Assembly: GCA_007376285.1 (NCBI GenBank) | Contig: VMFZ01000004.1 | Location: forward strand, 300-64,299 | DNA from: Parcubacteria group bacterium Gr01-1014_17 | GTDB taxonomy: Bacteria > Patescibacteriota > Minisyncoccia > Phycocordibacterales > UBA10002 | Length of the DNA stretch: 64,000 nucleotides | Reading direction: 5' to 3' | In this document: in pieces, positions 47,503 to 56,524 of the stretch | Layout of the letters: every line of letters starts with the position of its first letter | Numbering within the stretch: position 1 is the first letter of the stretch | The notes under the pieces: model-generated | The model's input: only the letters and a program-made list of their open reading frames with translations | What the model was told of the DNA's origin: nothing | Databases searched by the model: none | Program-made: the position numbers and the translations under genes

Positions 47503-47736
47503 TTGACACACAAAGACAAGATGCTACCATTAAGGAATAAAAGAGATATGTTGTGTGCTTCTTTTGTAAAACCAGGAATCGCCAGCGCCATTAGCCGCGA
47601 TGTCGCGCAAGTGTTTTTTGCATCGCTTTTTGTTGGACAACTAATTGAACAAACGATTAATTTTAACGCGGTAATCATAGGATTAGTTTTGGCTCTTTTA
47701 TTTTGGTTTTTAAGCGTGTTATTAGCTAAAGAATAA
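47503..47736 (+). CDS. small hydrophobic protein (first of three tandem small TM peptides)
   Basis: 77-aa ORF, C-terminal TM. Confidence 0.35.
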   Translation: MTHKDKMLPLRNKRDMLCASFVKPGIASAISRDVAQVFFASLFVGQLIEQTINFNAVIIGLVLALLFWFLSVLLAKE

Positions 47737-47739
47737 ATT

Positions 47740-47853
47740 ATGGAGAATATTGATGTAAATAATGCATTGGTTAATTTCTATCTCATTGGCGCAGTACTTG
47801 CGATCATGTTTATTTCTTTTGGCATTTATATAAAAGGAAAAAGTAAAAAATAA
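47740..47853 (+). CDS. 37-aa hydrophobic peptide
   Basis: MENIDVNNALVNFYLIGAVLAIMFISFGIYIKGKSKK; not in the ORF track (below 60 aa). Confidence 0.3.
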   Translation: MENIDVNNALVNFYLIGAVLAIMFISFGIYIKGKSKK

Positions 47854-47856
47854 ATT

Positions 47857-47937
47857 ATGACAAAACTATACATTCTTTATGGTCTAATGGCTATCGCTAT
47901 TGTTCTACTCGTTATTTTGGCGAGAAAAAGCAGATAG
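47857..47937 (+). CDS. 26-aa hydrophobic peptide
   Basis: MTKLYILYGLMAIAIVLLVILARKSR; 4 nt after the previous stop. Confidence 0.3.
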   Translation: MTKLYILYGLMAIAIVLLVILARKSR

Positions 47938-47978
47938 ATAAAAAGAAAACCAGCGGCCATTTTTGGTTGCCGATGTGA

Positions 47979-48992
47979 TTAAACCGTAAAATTGCGGACG
48001 GAGTAGAGGGTTTCTTCGTCTTCTTGTGGTTCCACTGGTATAGGAGGAATCGCGACTGGCGGCTCGCCTTCTTCGCCATTTTCTTGGGCTACCGGCGGCT
48101 TTTCTGCTTTCATGCGCGCAAGATGGCGGTCAATCATTTCGGATGGGCTTCGCTTTTCTTTTGATTCAAGCATCGCCAAAATGGCGAGCAGGTCGTCTGT
48201 TGAAAAGAAGTCAATCAGAATTTTGCCACCGGTTTCGCGCTTCAAGATATGCACGCGCGTTCCGAGAGATTCGCGGAGTTTGCCTTCAATTACCACGAGC
48301 TCCGGGTCTATGGCGACATCTTTCTTCCGCGCGCGGTCAACCGCAATCTTGCGTGCCGTTTCCTCCGCCTCGCGTACCGTGATTTTCTTCACCGAGATTT
48401 CCTTAAACAAAACCAGCTGCTCTTCTGGGCGGTCTACCAACATCAAAAGAGGTCGAGTGTGCCCTTCGTTTATAACGCCGCTTGAGACAGCATCCAGAAT
48501 CTCATCGGGTAAATCCAAAATCCGCATCGTGTTGGTCACATACACGCGGCTTTTGCCAACACGCGTGCCGATTTCGTGGTGTTTGAAGCCGAAGTCCTCG
48601 GCGAGCCGCTTGAACGCGCGTGCGCGCTCCACGGCGTTCAAGTCCTCGCGCTGGAGGTTTTCTATAATTGAAATCTCAAGCTTTTCGCGGTCGCTGTTTT
48701 CCCCCGCGCGGATTAAGACCGGCACATGAGGAAGCCCAACAAGTTTTGATGCGCGCAAACGACGCTCACCCGCTAAAAGCTCGTACTCCACGGCAATGCC
48801 GCCGTCATCTTTCGCTGTTTCTTTCCGCGTGACGACAAGTGGCTGAAGTACGCCGTATGCGCGGATGGATTCGGAAAGGTCGCGTAGTTTCTCGGGGTCA
48901 AACTCGCGGCGCGGCTGAAACGGGTTCGGCTTTATCTTGTCCGTCTCAATCCAAAATATCGCATTGTTCTGAAAACTTTCTGCTAGATTCAT
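47979..48992 (-). CDS. parB: chromosome partitioning protein ParB/Spo0J with Pro/Glu-rich C-terminal extension
   Basis: GVLQPLVV, ELLAGERRLRAS ParB box. Confidence 0.85.
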   Translation of the reverse strand: MNLAESFQNNAIFWIETDKIKPNPFQPRREFDPEKLRDLSESIRAYGVLQPLVVTRKETAKDDGGIAVEYELLAGERRLRASKLVGLPHVPVLIRAGENSDREKLEISIIENLQREDLNAVERARAFKRLAEDFGFKHHEIGTRVGKSRVYVTNTMRILDLPDEILDAVSSGVINEGHTRPLLMLVDRPEEQLVLFKEISVKKITVREAEETARKIAVDRARKKDVAIDPELVVIEGKLRESLGTRVHILKRETGGKILIDFFSTDDLLAILAMLESKEKRSPSEMIDRHLARMKAEKPPVAQENGEEGEPPVAIPPIPVEPQEDEETLYSVRNFTV

Positions 48993-49061
48993 AAGATAAT
49001 AAGCAGTATAGCATACGAAGAAAAAAAGACAGGGGAATAAAATTGTGTATAATTGCGGTAC

Positions 49062-49145
49062 GCCGGAGTGGCGGAATCGGCAGACGCACGGGACTCAAAA
49101 TCCCGCGATGGCAACATCATGAGAGTTCGACTCTCTCCTCCGGCA
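49062..49145 (+). tRNA. tRNA-Leu (CAA), class II
   Basis: acceptor GCCGGAG/CUCCGGC, A73, anticodon loop CUCAAAA, long variable arm. Confidence 0.85.
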
Positions 49146-49170
49146 ATTTTGTTTTTATAAACCATACTTC

Positions 49171-50073
49171 ATGAATCTTGAATCTAAGATTCTAGTCATT
49201 GTTGGACCGACTGCGAGCGGGAAAAGCGCGCTCGCGGTTACGCTCGCGCGCCGATTCAGAGGCGAAGTGATTTCCGCCGATTCACGACAAGTGTATCGTG
49301 GGCTCGATGTCGGTACAGGAAAAATCACAAAAAAAGAAATGCGCGGCGTCCACCACCATTTGCTTGATATCGCGAACCCGAAAAAGCAATTCACGGTTGC
49401 AGAATATAAGAAGCTCGCCCGAGAAAAGATCTCCCAGATTCAATCGCGCAACAAAATTCCCATCATCTGCGGTGGCACTGGTCTTTATATTGATGCGCTT
49501 CTTGGAAATATCGCCATCCCAGAAGTACCTCCAAACCTCGCACTCCGCAAAAAACTAGAGAGAAAGACGGCCCCTGAATTGTTCGCTCTGCTCCAAATGT
49601 TCGACCCACAACGCGCAAAAACCATTGACCAGCACAACCCGCGACGACTTATTCGCGCGATTGAAATTATAAAAGCCATTGGTTCTGTCACTCCATCACA
49701 ACATACCAACATTCTGCAGAATATGAGAATGATTGGCCTCATACTCCCACCAGCAGAACTCAAAAAGAAAATATCTAGGCGCTTATTCGTGAGAATTAGA
49801 GAATATAAGATGATACAAGAAGTCCGAGAGTTGCACCGGAAAGGATTGTCGTGGAAACGGATGGAATCGCTAGGGCTTGAGTACCGCTACCTTTCCCGCT
49901 ATTTACGCGGCTTCCTTACTAAAACAGAAATGATTGAGAAACTCAAAACCGAAATCTGGCGCTACGCAAAACGGCAGATGGTGTGGTTCAAGCGGAATAA
50001 AGAAATAAAATGGTTTACACCAAAAGAACAAAGAAAAATATTTTCTGCAGTTCAAGTGTTTTTGTGTCAATAA
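49171..50073 (+). CDS. miaA: tRNA dimethylallyltransferase
   Basis: ILVIVGPTASGKSALAV, ISADSRQVYRGLDVGTGK. Confidence 0.9.
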   Translation: MNLESKILVIVGPTASGKSALAVTLARRFRGEVISADSRQVYRGLDVGTGKITKKEMRGVHHHLLDIANPKKQFTVAEYKKLAREKISQIQSRNKIPIICGGTGLYIDALLGNIAIPEVPPNLALRKKLERKTAPELFALLQMFDPQRAKTIDQHNPRRLIRAIEIIKAIGSVTPSQHTNILQNMRMIGLILPPAELKKKISRRLFVRIREYKMIQEVRELHRKGLSWKRMESLGLEYRYLSRYLRGFLTKTEMIEKLKTEIWRYAKRQMVWFKRNKEIKWFTPKEQRKIFSAVQVFLCQ

Positions 50074-50127
50074 ACCAGTTTTTCTATCTTACTTGCAAGT
50101 AAGATATGGCTTTCAGGTGAACTAAAC

Positions 50128-50922
50128 TTAATTTTTATTAAAAGAATCCTGTATAGATTTGACGACAACTGATACAAAGTTACTTACGGGAAAATCCTTT
50201 ACATCAAGCAAAGAAAGATATGGACACCAATCCTCAATTTCTAATAGAAGTATTTTATTTGTGTATGTTTTCAAGAAGTCAATTCTTTGAATACCAGTCA
50301 TAGGATTCCACTCAACGAATTGATAAGCCAAAGAAGACTCTTCCGCAGTTGGGAAATATAATTCTAAATCCCATCGCCCACCTTTTGTTTTGAGCGCGTG
50401 ATGAAAATTATTATCTATAAAAAAGAAAGAAATCTCAGAGGCGAATTTTATCTTTGGCTGAATGATATATTTTTTGGCGTCAAAGTATTGTTTGAGGTGG
50501 TTTGTCGGAACAGATACGATTCCTTTTCCGCTTCCACTATAAATTGGTTTCAGGAGGTATTCTTTTGAATCCTGTCGCAAAGCTTTTTCATAGTTATTGA
50601 ATGATGGGACAACTTGATATTTTGTATTATACAATTTTACAAGATATCGTTTTCCTTTTTGATCCCCCATTCCAATAAATCGATTGTTGTGATATATATT
50701 TCTTCTAGAAAAGTTGTGATAGATTTTGAGCATGCGTTCCGAGCCGTTAAAACACCCCCATACATTCCTTATTAAGAAAAAAGAGTTCTTGGAAAATATG
50801 GAATCGTCAAAGAGATCTAAAACTTCTGTTCGAAAATATTTATCCAGGAGCTTAGCCAAAGCAATATCCTCAGATCTAGAATCCTTATTCTTCAGGTTAG
50901 AGATAATGGTTACATTCTCCAT
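50128..50922 (-). CDS. ATP-grasp-like hypothetical protein (AT-rich, probably acquired)
   Basis: KPIYSGSGKGIVSV, IIQPKIKFASE, LLLEIEDWCPY resemble ATP-grasp motifs. Confidence 0.45.
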   Translation of the reverse strand: MENVTIISNLKNKDSRSEDIALAKLLDKYFRTEVLDLFDDSIFSKNSFFLIRNVWGCFNGSERMLKIYHNFSRRNIYHNNRFIGMGDQKGKRYLVKLYNTKYQVVPSFNNYEKALRQDSKEYLLKPIYSGSGKGIVSVPTNHLKQYFDAKKYIIQPKIKFASEISFFFIDNNFHHALKTKGGRWDLELYFPTAEESSLAYQFVEWNPMTGIQRIDFLKTYTNKILLLEIEDWCPYLSLLDVKDFPVSNFVSVVVKSIQDSFNKN

Positions 50923-50973
50923 GTGAATATTTTCTCTTAAACTCTCATTAAGAGAGTAGGTATGACATCTTGA

Positions 50974-51044
50974 CGGGCCCAGCAGGACTCGAACCTGCAG
51001 TCACGGATTTGGAGTCCGTTGGTTTGCCATTAACCGATGGGCCC
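50974..51044 (-). tRNA. tRNA-Trp (CCA)
   Basis: acceptor GGGCCCA/UGGGCCC, G73, anticodon loop CUCCAAA. Confidence 0.85.
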
Positions 51045-51698
51045 ATATTTTTCTAAAAATGCGGTCGCAGTCATTAAAAGCCGTTTGGCAAGATCGTTGC
51101 TATGATACCGAAGCGACAAACATCCTGGATAATCTTTTTTAATTCGCTTACCGGTATGCGGTTTGCGATACGGTTTAATGAATTGCCCCCTATCTATATT
51201 AGTTACTTTTGACCAAAACGCAATTTGTTTCTCAGCATCATGGTATTCGTGCAAATGTATACAAAGACGAAATTTCTTTTCATCGAGCGGAAACGAGTGT
51301 CGCAAGAGTGTGAGGAATGTCTTAATTAATTTTGGATCAGAATTTGTAAAGCAAGTCCCTTTTGAGATACTTTTGAGCCCTTCGCACCAATATAATAAAG
51401 CACATATAATTCGCTCCACGGAAATATCATTAATTTTCGGAAGAGTTGTCGAAGCTTGTTCTTTATACCGCAGAAGCAAATCTTGAGTTCTTTGTCGTTT
51501 TCTTTCAGCCGAAAGAACTTGACCTAATTTTATTTTTGTCAGCAGTCGCTTCCGCGCTTTATCTGACATTGTAACATTTCTTACCCATGTTGAAACCGAA
51601 CTCTTCGCAACCGCAACTCTCCTAACAATTTCATTTACAGAAAAACCTTTTTCTCGGAGACGAATAGACTGCAATCGTTCTTTAATTTTCAGTTTCAT
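51030..51698 (-). CDS. hypothetical protein with N-terminal HTH (AT-rich); last 5 codons overlap the 5' end of tRNA-Trp
   Basis: KGFSVNEIVRRVAVAKSSVSTWVRN HTH; C-terminal ...YGPIG is encoded by the tRNA acceptor stem. Confidence 0.5.
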   Translation of the reverse strand: MKLKIKERLQSIRLREKGFSVNEIVRRVAVAKSSVSTWVRNVTMSDKARKRLLTKIKLGQVLSAERKRQRTQDLLLRYKEQASTTLPKINDISVERIICALLYWCEGLKSISKGTCFTNSDPKLIKTFLTLLRHSFPLDEKKFRLCIHLHEYHDAEKQIAFWSKVTNIDRGQFIKPYRKPHTGKRIKKDYPGCLSLRYHSNDLAKRLLMTATAFLEKYGPIG

Positions 51699-52102
51699 AA
51701 AAACTAAAAGATAAGTTATATAACCTATACTACCAGTCCATACGAATACAACAAGAAAAAATGGGGATAACTTCCCCATTTTCTACTTTTTCGTCTCTTT
51801 GTGCTTCGTGCGCTTGCGGCATCCCATAGGACAAGCATACGGGACAGGCCAATTGCAAATTATTTCTTGGTTTCCTTATGTTCCGTCCGGACTTTGCACC
51901 AACGACAAAATTTCCTGAGCGTTATCTTGCGCTCCACTTTTTTCTTGTTTTTCTCGCTCCAGTAGTTTATGCGCTTGCACGAAGCGCACGCGAGTTTGAT
52001 TAACCTATCCTGACTCATAATTAAAACATCATAGCGCACTTTTATAAAAAAGAAAAGCCCCGACTCGCTTTCACGAATCGGGACTGTGTATCAAACTAAA
52101 CC

Positions 52103-53173
52103 CTAACTTTTCCCGCCGCTGTCTCTACTGAACGACTGCTGGCGTTTTCCGAAGGTCGGCCAGTCAATGATGATGTCGTAGATGCCTGACACCAACTCAA
52201 TGGTGGAGTAAAGACCGCTTACGATTGGAACATAAGTCCAAGAAGTTGCCGATGTCGATGAGACACGAATCCAAAATCCCTTTGCAACACCATCGCTTGG
52301 ATGTTCGGCGTAGAAAGAGAGAGGTAGTGTTTTAGTGAATCTGATTTGCACTAAAGGCGACACTCCGTTATTGAACGCGCGAGCAACCTGCTCGTCAACT
52401 CTGTTTACCGTAACCGAATTGATGTCCGGCTTGACCACAATCACACCCTCCAATGTCGCCGATGTGGTAACCGACCGCCCGAGTATCGGCTGTCTCGCGC
52501 CTGTTTGCGCCGAGTATACCGCTTTGACGGTAATTCCGTCTTCGCGATTGTCAAACGCCATAATGAGAACATTTTTCTGTCCCGCGAGATATACGGGAAA
52601 CAAGAAATTTCCGGTCCTCTGGTCTCGGTCAAGCGAACGGGTCTCCGTCGTCTCCCCTTGTTCATTCAAGAGAGCAACTTCAGCCCAATCCGCACCAGCG
52701 ATTTCCAAAGGCAAATCGCCAGCCGGCCACATCCGCACTTTGATTTCTGTGGTTGGCGAAGCGTAATTACCGTCAGATTGCTTTACTAACTTGAACGACT
52801 GGTTCCCTTGGAACAACTCCCGCCCACCCTTGTCGCGGAACGCGACTCGCACCTCAATCGGGTCCAACGGGTTCCTCGTCTCAAACGAGAAATTCGCGGT
52901 TGAGACAATGGCGAGTAACTCGCCGAAGTCGGGCTGGTTCGGCACCGACGGCACATACCCTTTTTCAAGGTAGGTAACCGTCCCGGGCGTTCCATACACG
53001 AACCCACGCGAGTTCACATTCACCGTAACCTTCGTTACGAGTCGCTTTGCGTTCGCGATAAGCACCTCCGGAGAGGTAATCGGGAGCGTGGACGGGAGGT
53101 CAACTGGCTGGGCGAACACTGACGCCGACACGAACAACAACATTGCTGAGAAAACTGACATTTCCGTTTTCAT
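52103..53173 (-). CDS. hypothetical secreted protein
   Basis: signal peptide MKTEMSVFSAMLLFVSASVFAQP; 356 aa. Confidence 0.5.
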   Translation of the reverse strand: MKTEMSVFSAMLLFVSASVFAQPVDLPSTLPITSPEVLIANAKRLVTKVTVNVNSRGFVYGTPGTVTYLEKGYVPSVPNQPDFGELLAIVSTANFSFETRNPLDPIEVRVAFRDKGGRELFQGNQSFKLVKQSDGNYASPTTEIKVRMWPAGDLPLEIAGADWAEVALLNEQGETTETRSLDRDQRTGNFLFPVYLAGQKNVLIMAFDNREDGITVKAVYSAQTGARQPILGRSVTTSATLEGVIVVKPDINSVTVNRVDEQVARAFNNGVSPLVQIRFTKTLPLSFYAEHPSDGVAKGFWIRVSSTSATSWTYVPIVSGLYSTIELVSGIYDIIIDWPTFGKRQQSFSRDSGGKS

Positions 53174-53209
53174 TTTTTTCTTTCTTTCTAGTTTTTGGTT
53201 TTTCTTGTT

Positions 53210-53476
53210 TTACTGACTTTTTGCTGAGGACTGCACAACAGGGCTAACTCGAAAGCTCACCCGATATGTTTTCTGTTCCGCGCGAACAGGCGCCGAAACA
53301 GCTTGTTCCGATACCACGGCGGCGGGCTTTTTGGCACGCCAGTCGTGGTATTTGTTGACACTGAACAGCGCAATATTTAACAGAATAAGCGCCACGAGAA
53401 TGTAACCGAACTTTCTCATAGGTTTTAAGTTTTTAACTGACAACGAACTGTTTGAAACGAAAAAAGGTCCTACCAC
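53210..53476 (-). CDS. hypothetical small membrane protein
   Basis: 88 aa, one TM. Confidence 0.35.
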   Translation of the reverse strand: MVGPFFVSNSSLSVKNLKPMRKFGYILVALILLNIALFSVNKYHDWRAKKPAAVVSEQAVSAPVRAEQKTYRVSFRVSPVVQSSAKSQ

Positions 53477-53533
53477 AAGGTAGAATCAACCCTTTCTCGA
53501 CTGTCGTACAGTATACACGACTTTGACTATATG

Positions 53534-54697
53534 TCAAATATAAATCCTTTTTATGAGCGGGTTCAGGCGCGTAACCACCTCGTACCACGAGCTGTCGGTG
53601 ATAAGTGAAATGCCTTCGGCAGACGCCGGTGATTTTTGATTTTTCGTAATAATCACAACCTCATCTCCGACGCGCAGATTTTTTATTTTACTTACATCTA
53701 CCGTCAGCATATCCATAGAAACGCGGCCTACTACTTTACATTCTTTCCCTTGTATCAGCACGCGGCCGATTGACGACAGCGCGCGTGAGTAGCCATGCCA
53801 ATAGCCGATTGGAATAATAGCGAGCGTCGTATCTTCTTGAAGCATCTCCGCAAAATCGTAGCCAACGCGCGCGCCTCTCGGAAGCTTTTTTATTTCGCTT
53901 ACGATTGATTTCCATTCAAGTGCCGGACGGAGCGTAATTTTATCTTTCAGAAACTCCCGCACTTCGCGTGCAGGCCACAACCCATAGAGCCCAATGCCGA
54001 TACGCACCATATCATAGTGCGTTTCTGGAAAGAGCATTGTGCTCGCGGTTGCTGCGGCGTGAACGAGCGGCTTTAACCCCGCTTTTTTGAACGCTATAAT
54101 CCATTGTTCAAACTCCGCGATTTGAGCGCGGGTATCTTTTGGAAACGCGGGATTTTTCGCATTTGCAAAGTGCGTATATAACCCTTGAAGCTGGACACTG
54201 GATGCTGCCTGCCCGCCGATTGGCAGGCGGGGATGCTGGAAAGACAAAAGAACTCTCGGAAGGTCGCCTTTCAAAAATCCTTGGCGGTGCATCCCCGTAT
54301 CAACTTTAATATGAATCTTTAACGGTTTTGAGAGTTCTGCTTTTTTAAGCGTATCAAATATTTCAAAGGAAGAAACCGTAAGAGAAATATCATTTTGAGC
54401 CGCCTCGGCAAAAAGCTCCGGCATAGTGTAACCGAGAACGAGAATCGGAATCTTGATTCCTTCGCGTCGAAGCGAGCGTGCTTCGGTTATGGAATCAACA
54501 CCAAGAAAATCCGCGCCGAGCCGTTCCATTTCTCGCGAAAAATCCACGAGCCCGTGCCCGTAAGCATTGCTCTTCACTACCGCCATCAGTTTTGTCTTTT
54601 TCGGAATAAGCCCGCGGAAAATGCCAAAATTATGTTTAATCGCCTTTTGGTCAACTTCAATCCAAGTACGGAGGCCTTCTCGTTCTGATATAGACAT
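53534..54697 (-). CDS. alr: alanine racemase
   Basis: PLP site AVVKSNAYGHG; start taken at MSISERE, adjacent to tRNA-Tyr. Confidence 0.9.
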   Translation of the reverse strand: MSISEREGLRTWIEVDQKAIKHNFGIFRGLIPKKTKLMAVVKSNAYGHGLVDFSREMERLGADFLGVDSITEARSLRREGIKIPILVLGYTMPELFAEAAQNDISLTVSSFEIFDTLKKAELSKPLKIHIKVDTGMHRQGFLKGDLPRVLLSFQHPRLPIGGQAASSVQLQGLYTHFANAKNPAFPKDTRAQIAEFEQWIIAFKKAGLKPLVHAAATASTMLFPETHYDMVRIGIGLYGLWPAREVREFLKDKITLRPALEWKSIVSEIKKLPRGARVGYDFAEMLQEDTTLAIIPIGYWHGYSRALSSIGRVLIQGKECKVVGRVSMDMLTVDVSKIKNLRVGDEVVIITKNQKSPASAEGISLITDSSWYEVVTRLNPLIKRIYI

Positions 54698-54700
54698 AAA

Positions 54701-54783
54701 TGCGCCGGGGTGGACTCGAACCACCGATGCCCAATGGGCGGGAGATTTACAGTCTCCTGGAATGGCCGCTATCCGACCGGCGC
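54701..54783 (-). tRNA. tRNA-Tyr (GUA), class II
   Basis: acceptor GCGCCGG/CCGGCGC, anticodon loop CUGUAAA, long variable arm. Confidence 0.85.
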
Positions 54784-54829
54784 GACAGAAAGATAATAGC
54801 AGATTTTTTCCAAATAGGGAACACAAAAA

Positions 54830-54860
54830 CACCAGATGTCTGAATTGCAGACATCTGGCG
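54830..54860. repeat. P element variant
   Basis: caccagatgtctgaattgcagacatctggcg followed by ttttttt. Confidence 0.75.
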
Positions 54861-54874
54861 CTTTTTTTGAACAA

Positions 54875-56425
54875 CTACTTCTTTTTCAGCGTCTGAATTG
54901 ACTTTCCAATTGCCGCACCCGCCCTTTCAGCAGTACCGCTCTGGAACTGCTGTTCAACGCTTGATGGTTTGCCTCGTAGGTGCTGAAGCTCTGCTTCCGC
55001 ATCGTTGCGGATATTTTCTGCGCTGCTCATTACCTCAAACAAATCATCGTGGTCCACATCTCCAGAAGACATAACGCCCTTTACCTCGGCGAGCTTCCTT
55101 TTCATATCTGCGATAAGACCTCGAAGCGCTGAAACATCTTTCTGTTGCTTTTCATACCGAGTTGCCTCTTTTTCGTACCGTGCGATTTCTTTCTCCGCCT
55201 GCTTCACGACCCGTGAAAGATTGGAAATGTTTTCAAGCACGCGCATTGAGTCGTACGCATCTTGCGAACCCTCAAATACGCCGTCGCGCAAGGTCTCCAT
55301 TGCGGTCTCAATATCCCCTCCCGATGCCTCGCTTTTTGCTTGCGCGAGCGCGCCGCTGACGACTCCGACACTCGCCTCAACTTTGGCGACTAATTCAGGA
55401 TATGCCGCCGTGGTCTTGCTTTTTTTGATGCGCGCAAATTGTGTCGTAAGCCGCTTCACCTGCGAGTCTGCTTGTTTCAAAGTCATCGGCCATTGCGCAA
55501 GCGCACCGAGACGCGGACCTACATCGCGCAATTCTTCGCCGCGTTCCATAATAACTTCCATAGCACTTTGCACATCATCAGTCATTTCAGTTGCGCCTTT
55601 CACTACTCCAAGCGCTTGCGTTAAATCAGACACCAATGTCATATATTCTGACGGAATCGGCACATTTTGTTTCGCAAGTTTATCGATCATTTGCTTAATC
55701 ATTTTGAGTCCCTGTTCCATACCGCGCAAATTGCGTTTCATTTCAGTCAACTGCCGTTTTTGCATTTCCGCCTCGCGCGCCTCAAAGTCATCTCCTTCAT
55801 CACCACCATAACCTCCTGATTCTCCGCCAAACCCTCCTCCACCTTCATGTCCATACTGACTGCCAGATCCAGAATCGCCGCCAAAATCCCCTCCGCCGCG
55901 CATCATTCCACCTTCAGAACCACCACGCGAACCGCCGGATTGTTGCGACCCTCCGCGCATCATTTCTTTTTGGCGCATCATCTGCTCTTTTCCCCCCATC
56001 ATTTCTTGCCCTTTCATCATTTCTTGCGGAGAACCTTTTTGATTATACATTCCCTGTTCCGAACCTCCGCGCATCATTCCACCTTGCGGTGGCATCGGAC
56101 GCTGCTGGTATCCGCCTTGCTGTCCGCCTTGCTGTCCGCCTTGCTGATAGTTCCCTTCTGGCGGTCGTTGCTGATATCCACCCTGATATCCGCCGGAACT
56201 GCCAGGCGGAGGCGGCATATGATCTCCCCCAAAACTACCTTGCGGTGGCGGAGGCATCATCGGCGGTTGATGGCTTCCTCCACCAAAATCACCTCCACCT
56301 GATGGTGGTGGCGGAGGAGGCGGTGCGCCTCCTTCCTGCGCGAACGCCAATGCCACACAACTAAATACAAACGCGGTGCTTAATACCACAACAATACCAA
56401 CGCTTCTCAATCGTAATAAATACAT
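54875..56425 (-). CDS. secreted low-complexity (G/Q/M/P-rich) protein with C-terminal coiled-coil domain
   Basis: signal peptide, a PPPPPPPSGGG run, GGYQQ/GGQQ/GGMMRGG repeats, then a ~300-aa helical domain. Confidence 0.55.
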   Translation of the reverse strand: MYLLRLRSVGIVVVLSTAFVFSCVALAFAQEGGAPPPPPPPSGGGDFGGGSHQPPMMPPPPQGSFGGDHMPPPPGSSGGYQGGYQQRPPEGNYQQGGQQGGQQGGYQQRPMPPQGGMMRGGSEQGMYNQKGSPQEMMKGQEMMGGKEQMMRQKEMMRGGSQQSGGSRGGSEGGMMRGGGDFGGDSGSGSQYGHEGGGGFGGESGGYGGDEGDDFEAREAEMQKRQLTEMKRNLRGMEQGLKMIKQMIDKLAKQNVPIPSEYMTLVSDLTQALGVVKGATEMTDDVQSAMEVIMERGEELRDVGPRLGALAQWPMTLKQADSQVKRLTTQFARIKKSKTTAAYPELVAKVEASVGVVSGALAQAKSEASGGDIETAMETLRDGVFEGSQDAYDSMRVLENISNLSRVVKQAEKEIARYEKEATRYEKQQKDVSALRGLIADMKRKLAEVKGVMSSGDVDHDDLFEVMSSAENIRNDAEAELQHLRGKPSSVEQQFQSGTAERAGAAIGKSIQTLKKK

Positions 56426-56524
56426 AAAAAATTCATTACCTAATAAATCATTGCAAAAAGACCACCCTGCATTCTACAAGACGGCTACATGAAAAGCAAA
56501 ACTGCAAAAGTGGATAAATACACA

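Noticed and set aside
24458-54860. Possible CRISPR array suggested by the repeated 35-bp sequence
   Set aside because: Copies are perfect palindromes scattered at irregular multi-kb distances after genes. They are not regularly spaced direct repeats with spacers, and no cas genes are present.
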